Assembly: GCA_043811535.1 (NCBI GenBank)
Contig: JBDRNC010000035.1
Coordinates: 1 to 64,000 of the forward strand
Direction of reading: 5' to 3'
Origin: Elusimicrobiota bacterium
GTDB lineage: Bacteria > Elusimicrobiota > Endomicrobiia > Endomicrobiales > JBDRNC01
Length of the DNA: 64,000 bases
Shown: positions 45,211 through 53,463 of the stretch, piece by piece
How positions within the stretch are numbered: position 1 is the first letter of the stretch
Layout of the letters: each line of letters starts with the position of its first letter
Notes under the pieces: generated by a model
Database searches by the model: none
What the model saw: only the letters and a program-made list of their open reading frames with translations
What the model was told of the DNA's origin: nothing
Made by a program: the position numbers and the translations under genes

Positions 45211-46119
45211 GTGAAAAAGATACGAAGAAACATCTATTATATTCTGGCGCTTATATTTTCGAAATTCGTGTTGTTTCTGCCTTATAAGCTTGCCGTAATG
45301 ACAGGCGCAATACTCGGAAACATCGCGTATCATCTGGTTTCAAAATCGCGCAGAATAACCGAAGACAATATCGCGCGGTCTTTCCCGGGTAAAAATGTCA
45401 ACGAGATAAAGGAGTTGGCGAAAAAGGTATTTGAAAACCAGGGAAAGAACCTCTTTGAACTGTTCTCTTTTCCAAAGCTCAACGCTTCCGAAATAAAAAA
45501 TATCGTAAGGATAGAGAATAGGGAAGCGATAGACAGCTGTTTTAAGAAGGGCAAGGGCATCCTGGTCGCGAGCGCGCACTGTGGCAATTGGGAAATGATC
45601 GGGGCGTCTTTCGCGGCATCCGGAATGCCGATGAACGCAATAGCAAAACGTATTTATATCGAAGGGCTCAACGACCTGCTTGTCAGTTACAGGAACAAGG
45701 TGGGATTCAAAGTGATACTTCGTTCCGGACGAAGCGCGGCCAGAGACATGCTGCGCAGTCTTAGGCATAATGAATGTCTTGGTATTCTTTTAGACCAGGA
45801 CACCGCCGTACCTGGAGTCTTCGTAGATTTTTTCGGGCGCCCCGCCTGGACACCTTCCGGGCTCGCAACGCTGGCTTTTAAAACAGGGGCAAGCGTAGTC
45901 CTTGTGGTTGACATTAGGCTGCCGGACGAAAGACACACCGTTAAAGTCATCGGCCCGATCGAAGTCAAAGGAACCGGAGATATTCAAAAAGATATTATGC
46001 GCCTTACTCAGCAGATAACATCAATGACCGAAGAACATATAAGGGAATATCCCGACCAGTGGGTATGGATGCATGAAAGATGGAAAACCTGCCCAGCGCA
46101 GGATGCCGGCGGAAAATAA
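45211..46119 (+). CDS. Lipid A late acyltransferase (LpxL/HtrB family)
   Basis: AHCGNWE, LLDQD, VDFFG, PDQWVWMHERWK. Confidence 0.9.
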   Translation: MKKIRRNIYYILALIFSKFVLFLPYKLAVMTGAILGNIAYHLVSKSRRITEDNIARSFPGKNVNEIKELAKKVFENQGKNLFELFSFPKLNASEIKNIVRIENREAIDSCFKKGKGILVASAHCGNWEMIGASFAASGMPMNAIAKRIYIEGLNDLLVSYRNKVGFKVILRSGRSAARDMLRSLRHNECLGILLDQDTAVPGVFVDFFGRPAWTPSGLATLAFKTGASVVLVVDIRLPDERHTVKVIGPIEVKGTGDIQKDIMRLTQQITSMTEEHIREYPDQWVWMHERWKTCPAQDAGGK

Positions 46120-46123
46120 AATA

Positions 46124-46642
46124 ATGAATAAAATGGTTTTAATTCTTATATTGTCAGCGTTTATGCTGACCGCGTGCTCAAATATGGACAATCCGCTTAA
46201 GGAAGATTTGAGCAAGATCGGCCCCGAGCAGGAGATAGAGCAGTTCAATATAAAGGAAACCAAGGACGGAAAACCCAACTGGATCCTGAATGCAAAGACC
46301 GCGCAGATAATAGAATCCGAGCAAAAAGTGCTCCTGGACGCGCCTAAGATAGATTTCTTTCAGAAAGGCAAATACGTTTCCACCCTAATCTCCAAAAAAG
46401 GTCGGATAAACACCGAAACTTACGATATCTGGGGGGACGGCGACTGTCTTCTAACTACGACAAAGGGAGAAACGCTTAAAACGAAAAATCTGCATTACCG
46501 GTCCGATACGCAGAGGATCGTGACTGACGAAAAAGTCAGGCTTATCAGGCCTGATGAGGTTATTGACGGCGAGGGACTTGAAGCCACGCCCGACCTTGAA
46601 ATTATAAAGATAAAAAATCAGAAAGTCACTATGAATAAGTAA
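46124..46642 (+). CDS. lptC: LPS export periplasmic protein LptC (possibly a lipoprotein)
   Basis: LTAC lipobox, W.L.A..A, L.T..LHY, I.TDE.V, I.G.GL; kdsC-lptA context. Confidence 0.8.
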   Translation: MNKMVLILILSAFMLTACSNMDNPLKEDLSKIGPEQEIEQFNIKETKDGKPNWILNAKTAQIIESEQKVLLDAPKIDFFQKGKYVSTLISKKGRINTETYDIWGDGDCLLTTTKGETLKTKNLHYRSDTQRIVTDEKVRLIRPDEVIDGEGLEATPDLEIIKIKNQKVTMNK

Positions 46643-46649
46643 CCTTGAA

Positions 46650-47363
46650 ATGGAAAGAAACCCTTGTTCGCGCGCGTTCAAGCGCGTTTTGGCATTCATC
46701 ATAACTGCGACGGTGTGTTCAGGCGCAGCTTTCTGCGCGGATAAACCAAAAACAAGGATAACCGGCGGCTCGATGGAAATAATAAAGGGGGGGCAGCAGG
46801 TTATATTCCTGGACAGCGCGAAAGTCATCCGCGGTGAGAATGTCCTGATGGCGGAGAAGATAGTGCAGGATAAGAAGAATAACGTTGTCGAAGCGTACAC
46901 AAACGTTGTTTTTTCGGGTCTATCCGCGTCGGGAGAGGTCATAAACGGCGAAAGCGACAAAGCGCGTTACGACATGGACGCGGAGTTTGCGGAACTTTGG
47001 GACGGAAAGCCCAAGGTCACGTATTTCATGCGAGAATCAACGGGCCCGCTCGTGCTGCAGGCAGACAGGATCAACATGGATCAGGCCAAGGAACAGATAT
47101 CGGCGTACGGCAATGTTATAATAATCTCTTCATCAGGCACGGCGCGTTCCCCTCAGGCTCTTTTTCTTCAAAAAGAAAGAAAGATAGTGCTGACAGGGAT
47201 TCCACAGCCTCTCCTTCTGTACGGAGACAAAGGAAAAAGCGACAAGAGTGAGTATAAAGCGGATAAGATAACTTTCCTGCTGAACGAAAACAAGATACTG
47301 CTTGAAGGAAACGTTAAAGGCAAAATGGTATCATCAAAGGGTAAAAAGACGGAGAAGCGTTGA
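46650..47363 (+). CDS. lptA: LptA/OstA-family LPS transport protein
   Basis: Signal peptide, beta-jellyroll pattern (L.AD.I, A.GNV); between lptC and lptB. Confidence 0.7.
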   Translation: MERNPCSRAFKRVLAFIITATVCSGAAFCADKPKTRITGGSMEIIKGGQQVIFLDSAKVIRGENVLMAEKIVQDKKNNVVEAYTNVVFSGLSASGEVINGESDKARYDMDAEFAELWDGKPKVTYFMRESTGPLVLQADRINMDQAKEQISAYGNVIIISSSGTARSPQALFLQKERKIVLTGIPQPLLLYGDKGKSDKSEYKADKITFLLNENKILLEGNVKGKMVSSKGKKTEKR

Positions 47364-47508
47364 AGCTCCCTGACTAAAGTTATTGTAATCTCGTTCTTTG
47401 CTGCGTCGGAGCTGAAAACTCCATTCTTCGGAGGACTTCGCGTCGCAGCGGAATCAAGCGTCGATTTCACTACATTGACAAACGATAAATTACGCGTAGG
47501 TGGATTAA

Positions 47509-48228
47509 ATGAAACTTAAAAGCAGTAATTTGAAGAAAAAGTACAAAAAGCGCATGGTTGTGGACGGGGTGAGCATAGAAGTGAACCAGGGCGAGATAGT
47601 TGGATTGCTCGGGCCCAACGGCGCGGGAAAGACCACGACTTTCTACATGACAGTGGGCCTTATCAAGCCGTTGGAGGGACAGGTTTCCATGGATGACAAG
47701 GATATCACTGAATGGCCTATGTTCATGAGGGCCCGGCTCGGAGTCGGGTACTTGCCGCAGGAACCGTCAATATTCAGGCGCATGACCGTAGAAGAAAACC
47801 TGCTGGCGATAATGGAAATGATTGACATTGACAAGAATGAAAAGGAGCGGAAGCTGGAGCAGCTGCTGGACGAACTTGGGCTGAAACACTTGAGGAGACA
47901 GCAGGCCGTGACGCTTTCCGGGGGGGAAAAGCGCCGTTGCGAGATAGCGAGAGCGTTAGTCAGCGACCCGAAATTTCTGCTTCTTGACGAACCTTTCGTA
48001 GGCATAGACCCGATAACCGTATCCGATATCCAGGCGATAATAGCGAGGCTGAAGAACAAGGGTCTGGGTATACTGATAACTGACCATAACGTCAGGGAAA
48101 CCCTGGAAATAATCGACAGGGCGTATATCATCTTTGAAGGCAAGATCCTTCTGGAAGGGGACGCAAAAAAGCTCCTTGAAAGCCCGGATGCCCGCAGGGT
48201 GTACCTCGGGGACAAGTTCAAGATGTGA
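47509..48228 (+). CDS. lptB: LPS export ABC ATPase
   Basis: GPNGAGKTT, YLPQEPSIFR, LSGGEKRR, DEPF.GIDP, TDHNVRETL. Confidence 0.96.
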   Translation: MKLKSSNLKKKYKKRMVVDGVSIEVNQGEIVGLLGPNGAGKTTTFYMTVGLIKPLEGQVSMDDKDITEWPMFMRARLGVGYLPQEPSIFRRMTVEENLLAIMEMIDIDKNEKERKLEQLLDELGLKHLRRQQAVTLSGGEKRRCEIARALVSDPKFLLLDEPFVGIDPITVSDIQAIIARLKNKGLGILITDHNVRETLEIIDRAYIIFEGKILLEGDAKKLLESPDARRVYLGDKFKM

Positions 48229-48372
48229 AGAGCTTCCCGGGCTTTACGATAGGGTATCAGCCCTTTCAGACATTTGGAGCGCGGAACCCCGCACCAAATG
48301 CCCTCAAAAACTATTCACCCAACGGGCTTACGCCCAGCGACATTCTGGCGCCCGGGCGAAACATGGCTCTTG
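48225..48372. repeat. Dispersed element family Y, copy 1
   Basis: Colinear with the reverse complement of 59181-59324; shared GGAGCGCGGAACCCCGCACC, GGGCTTACGCCC and CATTCTGG. Confidence 0.8.
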
Positions 48373-48443
48373 GAATTTGAACAATTGCTTAAAATTTGAT
48401 ATAAAGTAACAATGCTTTTCCGGGAAAGGAGAAACAAAGAACG

Positions 48444-48995
48444 ATGCAAATCAACATTGTGGCAAGGCATTTGGACCTGACCCCAGCAATATCCGAGTAT
48501 GTAAAAAAGAAAATTGAGAAATGCCAGCGATTTTTCGATAAATTGGTGTGGACGCAGGTAATACTTTCTGTGGAAAAGTACCGGCAGCTTGCGGAAATAA
48601 TAATGCACGCGGGCAGGGTCACTTTTCGCGCGAAGGAAGAATCGATAGACCTGTACGCGGCAATAGACCTGGCGGCTGATAAGATAGAAAAACAGCTGAA
48701 GAAACACAAGGAGATAACCAAGGTCCACAGGAAATCCAAGTCTTCTGTGTCAGTTTCCGGGAACACGAGAAGCATAAAACAGATAATAACGGTTTCCAAT
48801 GCCAGGACAGGCAAGCACTTGATAAGCGAAGTAAAGCGTTTTGACATAAAGCCGCTGTCCTTAAGCGAGGCGATAGATGAGATGGAGCTTTTCGGCTACA
48901 GTTTTTACATGTTCATGAACGCGGACTCTTCTCATATAAATGTCGTTTACGTCAGAGATAACGGAACTTACGGACTTTTAGAACCCGAAATATAA
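48444..48995 (+). CDS. hpf: Ribosome hibernation promoting factor (long form)
   Basis: LTPAI.EY, DLYAAID, C-terminal KPLS..EA..EMEL, YGLLEP. Confidence 0.92.
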   Translation: MQINIVARHLDLTPAISEYVKKKIEKCQRFFDKLVWTQVILSVEKYRQLAEIIMHAGRVTFRAKEESIDLYAAIDLAADKIEKQLKKHKEITKVHRKSKSSVSVSGNTRSIKQIITVSNARTGKHLISEVKRFDIKPLSLSEAIDEMELFGYSFYMFMNADSSHINVVYVRDNGTYGLLEPEI

Positions 48996-49012
48996 TGTTT
49001 TTTAATTGGAAA

Positions 49013-49082
49013 ATGTGCTCCCCCGCCAACGGCGGGGTCGTATGAGGCAGTTCAAAACAACTCATAAGGTACTCAAGGAGGA
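49013..49082 (+). repeat. Motif Z, copy 4
   Basis: GTGCTC-[CCCCGCCAACGGCGGGG]-TCGT..GGCAGTT..AACTC..GGTACTCAAGGAGG. Confidence 0.7.
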
Positions 49083-49091
49083 ACAAGACTG

Positions 49092-49550
49092 ATGAAAATT
49101 ATGGATTTCCTGAATCCGGAGGCTATCACGATCGATTTGAAGGCCCAGGATAAAAAAAGCGCGATAACCGAACTTGTAGAACTGCTGTCAAAATCAAAAA
49201 AATTAAAAAAACCGGGCGAGGTTATTGACGCAATACTCGAAAGGGAGAAGCTCGGATCGACGGGGATAGGGCAGGGTGTTGCCATACCGCACGGAAAGAC
49301 AAACGCCGTTTCCGAGCAAATAGGGGCGTTCGGTATCTCCCAAAAAGGCGTGGAGTTCAACTCGCTTGACGGCGAGCCGGTACATCTGATATTTCTTCTC
49401 GTGGGACCGGTTGAGGTTGCGGGGCAGCATCTTAAGGCGCTCGCCAGGATATCAAGATTATTCAAAGACAAATTTTTCAGGCAGGCCCTTAAAGACGCGA
49501 AATCTGTTGAAGAGATAGTGAAGATAATCGAAAAAGAAGACGAGTATTGA
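49092..49550 (+). CDS. ptsN: PTS EIIA (Ntr/Fru family)
   Basis: REKLGSTGIGQGVAIPHG, HLKALA; follows hpf. Confidence 0.85.
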   Translation: MKIMDFLNPEAITIDLKAQDKKSAITELVELLSKSKKLKKPGEVIDAILEREKLGSTGIGQGVAIPHGKTNAVSEQIGAFGISQKGVEFNSLDGEPVHLIFLLVGPVEVAGQHLKALARISRLFKDKFFRQALKDAKSVEEIVKIIEKEDEY

Positions 49551-49609
49551 AGCTCTGCCCGATTTAAAGGTGGATTAAACGGTCGTTAACATAAAATAAA
49601 TAATAATTT

Positions 49610-50545
49610 ATGCCTGGTATAACAGTAAGCACTTTCCTTAAAGAGAAGTCTGAAGACTTGAAACTCAGCCTTCTCGCCGGGAAAGACGGTCTTAGTCGCG
49701 AGATAAACGTCTTTGAGATAAACCGGCCGGGACTCGCGCTGACCGGCTTCCTCGAGCATTTTCCCCAGAACAGGATACAGATCATCGGAGCGCTGGAACA
49801 TTCCTACCTGAATTCCATCCCGAAAGAAAAGCAAGCAGAATCGCTGAACAAGCTGCTTTCATTCAAGAGCGTTCCGTTTTTTATCATGACGAGAGGTCTT
49901 GATATAGACAAGCATGTGCACAAGGTATTTGACAAACACAATGTGCCGCTATTGCAGACATCTTTAAGGACATCCCAGCTTGTAAGTAATCTAATCTTTT
50001 ATCTTGAAGATAAACTCGCGGTTTCTACGAGAGCGCACGGCGTTCTTGTGAGCGTATACGGGCTCGGAGTCCTTATCGTGGGTAACGCGGGCATTGGAAA
50101 GTCGGAATGCGCGCTGGAACTTGTAAAGCGCGGACATATGCTCGTGGCTGACGACATAGTAGAGATAAGGAGAAGGTCAGGCGGGATACTGATGGGAAGG
50201 GGAGAGGAGATAATCAAGCATCATATGGAAGTAAGGGGGCTCGGAATAATAAATGTCCGGAGCCTTTTCGGAATAGGTTTTATTCTGGATGAATCGAGGA
50301 TTGAACTCTGCATCCGTCTTGAAGACTGGGATCCGTCGAAGGAATATGAAAGGGTCGGGCTCGAAGAAAGAACAACGACTGTTTTGGATGTCAAGATTCC
50401 GGAAGTCATCCTGCCTGTCAGGCCCGGACGCAACTTAGCGGTCCTCGTTGAAATCGCCAGTCTTAACCAGCGCCTGAAAAACCAGGGCCATTACACGGCG
50501 CAAGAACTTAATCAGCGCCTGATAAACGTTATGATGCAGCGCTGA
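49610..50545 (+). CDS. hprK: HPr kinase/phosphorylase
   Basis: INRPGL, GNAGIGKSE, LVADD, MEVRGLGI, PGRNLA. Confidence 0.96.
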   Translation: MPGITVSTFLKEKSEDLKLSLLAGKDGLSREINVFEINRPGLALTGFLEHFPQNRIQIIGALEHSYLNSIPKEKQAESLNKLLSFKSVPFFIMTRGLDIDKHVHKVFDKHNVPLLQTSLRTSQLVSNLIFYLEDKLAVSTRAHGVLVSVYGLGVLIVGNAGIGKSECALELVKRGHMLVADDIVEIRRRSGGILMGRGEEIIKHHMEVRGLGIINVRSLFGIGFILDESRIELCIRLEDWDPSKEYERVGLEERTTTVLDVKIPEVILPVRPGRNLAVLVEIASLNQRLKNQGHYTAQELNQRLINVMMQR

Positions 50546-50588
50546 CGCCGCGCAGAGCGAATCCTTCCTCAGTTCCAAATCAAATATT

Positions 50589-51461
50589 ATGACGACAAAA
50601 TTCTTTTTTATCACAGGTCTATCGGGGGCAGGGAAAAGCCAGGCGCTGAAAATACTGGAAGATTTCGGCTTTTTCAGCATAGATAACCTTCCGGTGGAGC
50701 TGCTACCGAAGTTCGCGGATATCTGCCTGCAGATGGGAGGGAAATTCAGGCGCGTAGCGCTCGGAATAGACGCGCGCGGCGGCAAGGACTCGCTTGATTC
50801 CCTGCGGATAGTCCTTGAAGACATAAGAAAAAAGGGCATAAGGCACAGCGTGCTGTTCTTTTCCGCCAACAATGAAAACCTGCTGCAGAGATATTCCGAA
50901 ACCAGGCGAAAGCACCCGCTCGGGAAAACGGTCATAGACGGTATCAAGAAGGAAAGGAAATTGATGGAGGATATTTTATCCCTGTCCGATAAGGAGATAG
51001 ACACCTCCAACCTGAATCTGGGCGAACTGAAAGAGGTTCTGGCGCGCCTGCTGGATATCTCCACGTCAAAGAATATTCTGGTGTCCGTAGTGTCGTTCGG
51101 CTATAAATACGGGATGCCTCCCGATGCGGACATTGTCATAGACGTGCGGTTCCTTCCGAACCCGAACTATATAAATTCTCTGAGACAGAAAACAGGCAAA
51201 GACGGCCAGGTGAAAAGATTCATAAAAAAACAAGCCGACACAAAGAAATTCTTCAGGAAATTCTTTCAATTGCTGGATTTCCTGCTCCCGTTGTACGTCA
51301 AGGAAGGGAAAAGCTATCTTACGATAGCTGTCGGCTGCACGGGAGGAAGGCACAGGTCCGTCACTGTGGCCGAGGCCACGGGCAGTTATCTGAGACATAA
51401 AGGTTATAATACTAAAATCGCCCACAGGGACATAATCTTTTCAAACGGATGCCATGCGTAA
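50589..51461 (+). CDS. rapZ: RNase adapter RapZ (YvcJ)
   Basis: TGLSGAGKS, DNLP, SFGYKYG, DVRFLPNP, GCTGGRHRSV. Confidence 0.95.
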   Translation: MTTKFFFITGLSGAGKSQALKILEDFGFFSIDNLPVELLPKFADICLQMGGKFRRVALGIDARGGKDSLDSLRIVLEDIRKKGIRHSVLFFSANNENLLQRYSETRRKHPLGKTVIDGIKKERKLMEDILSLSDKEIDTSNLNLGELKEVLARLLDISTSKNILVSVVSFGYKYGMPPDADIVIDVRFLPNPNYINSLRQKTGKDGQVKRFIKKQADTKKFFRKFFQLLDFLLPLYVKEGKSYLTIAVGCTGGRHRSVTVAEATGSYLRHKGYNTKIAHRDIIFSNGCHA

Positions 51462-52419
51462 GAAAAACGGGAAGTTCAGGGTTACTGTCATTGGCGGCGG
51501 CACCGGATTGTCAAGCCTGCTCAGGGGGCTGAAGAAGGCCGCTCTCAGCATAACGGCAATCGTAACGGTAAGCGACGACGGGGGGAGCTCCGGAGCTCTT
51601 AGAAGGGAGTTAGGTGTTCTTCCTCCCGGGGATATAAGGAACTGTCTTGTCGCGCTTTCGGAAGAAGAGAATCTCATGTCCAAACTTTTCCAGTACCGTT
51701 TTTCGGGCGGAGGGCCGCTTTCAGGCCATTCTTTCGGGAATTTGTTCCTCACGGCAATTTCGTCGGTAACGGGCGGATTTGATTGCGGCATCGAACGGTC
51801 AAGCAGGGTCCTGGCCGTAAGGGGAAGGGTCCTTCCGGTCACGCTGCGCTCAGTGCAGCTGGAAGCGAAATTGGAAAGCGGAAGGATAGTCAGAGGGGAA
51901 AGCAATATTACCAAGGCGAATTCTAGGATAGCTAATCTGACGATTTCACCGTCCGCGCCGCCCGCCGGGCCGAAAGTGCTCGAAGCCATCAGGGAATCGG
52001 ATGCGCTGATAGTCGGCCCAGGCTCGCTTTTCACTTCGATAGTGTCAAATTTTCTCGTGAGCGGCATGGCCCAAGCGATAAAAAAAGCTAAATGCCCTAA
52101 AATATACATATGCAACATAATGACCCAGCCCGGAGAAACGAACGGGTACGCGCTGTCCGACCATATGAACGTGCTTAAGCGGTACATCGGCGAGAATGTC
52201 TTTGATTTTGTGGTTACGAACAGCGGGAAGATTCCCAAAAAAATCGCCAAGAGGTATGAGGCTGAAAACTCATTTCCAGTAAAGACGGACGTTGCCGGAT
52301 ACGGAAGTTCGAAGGTAATAAAGGCCGATATCCTTTCAAGATACGAATACGCGCGGCACGACCCGGACAAGCTTGCGAAAGTAATATTAAAAATATTGGG
52401 CAAGAAACAAGCAAGTTAA
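51454..52419 (+). CDS. yvcK: YvcK/GlmR (UPF0052) family protein
   Basis: GGGTGL, DDGGSSG, PPGDIRN, GHSFGN, GPGSLFTS, RHD. Confidence 0.92.
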   Translation: MRKKNGKFRVTVIGGGTGLSSLLRGLKKAALSITAIVTVSDDGGSSGALRRELGVLPPGDIRNCLVALSEEENLMSKLFQYRFSGGGPLSGHSFGNLFLTAISSVTGGFDCGIERSSRVLAVRGRVLPVTLRSVQLEAKLESGRIVRGESNITKANSRIANLTISPSAPPAGPKVLEAIRESDALIVGPGSLFTSIVSNFLVSGMAQAIKKAKCPKIYICNIMTQPGETNGYALSDHMNVLKRYIGENVFDFVVTNSGKIPKKIAKRYEAENSFPVKTDVAGYGSSKVIKADILSRYEYARHDPDKLAKVILKILGKKQAS

Positions 52420-52435
52420 AGAAGAAGGTGTTCTC

Positions 52436-52840
52436 ATGATAAAAATCGTTCTTATCACACACGGGAACCTTGGCAAGGAGCTGCTGCTTACGGCTGAAAA
52501 TATCCTGGGAAAACAGGACGAAACGCTGATCCTGGCGCTGGGCGCGGAGAGTCTCAACAGTCTTTGCGGACAGACTGAAGAGATCCTAAAACAGGTAAAC
52601 AATGAAGAGGGAGCGTTGATACTCACGGATATGCTGGGTGGAACTCCATGTAACGCCTGCCTGCCTTTCTGCGACAAGTACAACATAGAGATAATAAGCG
52701 GGATAAATCTTTACATGCTTTTATCGGCCTTTATGAACAGGTCCAAGATGCCCGTCAATGAGCTCGCTCAGAAGGTCATAAATGACGGGAAGAAAAACAT
52801 TGCGAACGCGAAAGAAATATTCTTACAGAGGTTGAAATAA
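52436..52840 (+). CDS. PTS mannose-family EIIA
   Basis: ITHG, LTDMLGGTPCN, GINL.ML. Confidence 0.92.
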   Translation: MIKIVLITHGNLGKELLLTAENILGKQDETLILALGAESLNSLCGQTEEILKQVNNEEGALILTDMLGGTPCNACLPFCDKYNIEIISGINLYMLLSAFMNRSKMPVNELAQKVINDGKKNIANAKEIFLQRLK

Positions 52841-53337
52841 TGAGTATAGTGCTAGCGCGTATAGATGACAGGCTAATTCACGGCCAGGTGGTTGAAGGAT
52901 GGCTGAAGACGATTCAGGCCGACCATATAGTCATCGTGTCGGATGACGTCGCGAAGGATAAGATGCAGCAGACGCTGATGGCGATGGCCGTTCCGAAAGA
53001 CATCAAGGTTAGCAGTCTGACTATTGAAGATGCCGCCTCGAAAATTATTGACGGTTCTTTTTCCAAGGACAGGCTGCTGCTGCTTTTTTCGTCCCCTAAG
53101 GATGTTAGGAGACTGCTGGATAAAGGCGTGAAACTGAGTTCGGTGAACGTAGGCGGCATGCATTTCAGCCCGGGCAAGAAACAGATACTGCCGACGATGT
53201 CGGTGGATAAGGAAGATGTAGAAGAATTGCTGGATATATGCGGGAGAGGGATTGAGCTGGAAGGCAGGGTCATACCTGTCGCGGAAAAGATAAATGTGTC
53301 TGTAATAATTGAAAAGGAGTTCGGTTCACCCCGTTAG
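52840..53337 (+). CDS. PTS mannose/sorbose-family EIIB
   Basis: RIDDRLIHGQV, NVGGM. Confidence 0.93.
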   Translation: MSIVLARIDDRLIHGQVVEGWLKTIQADHIVIVSDDVAKDKMQQTLMAMAVPKDIKVSSLTIEDAASKIIDGSFSKDRLLLLFSSPKDVRRLLDKGVKLSSVNVGGMHFSPGKKQILPTMSVDKEDVEELLDICGRGIELEGRVIPVAEKINVSVIIEKEFGSPR

Positions 53338-53439
53338 AAATAGTATTTATATCGTTACAGAGTTATGATATTCTCGCAGATAGAGGTTGTTTAGGATTTA
53401 AGAAGATCAATCATTCTGTCCTGATTTCTAACGGGGCAA
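53325..53439. mobile_element. MITE-like element with CCCGTTAGA terminal inverted repeats (copy 2)
   Basis: CCCCGTTAGAAAT (53329-53341) / ATTTCTAACGGGG (53424-53436), 13-bp perfect IR. Confidence 0.6.
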
Positions 53440-53463
53440 GCCGAAGGAAAACAAGCAAAAATC

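Noticed and set aside
33601..49570. Recurring TGAAG(C) at the stop codons of GT2, lptA, lptB and ptsN as family Y target sites
   Set aside because: Beyond lptB the similarity is short (best about 16/22 at 49548) and could reflect stop-codon context; not supportable without statistics
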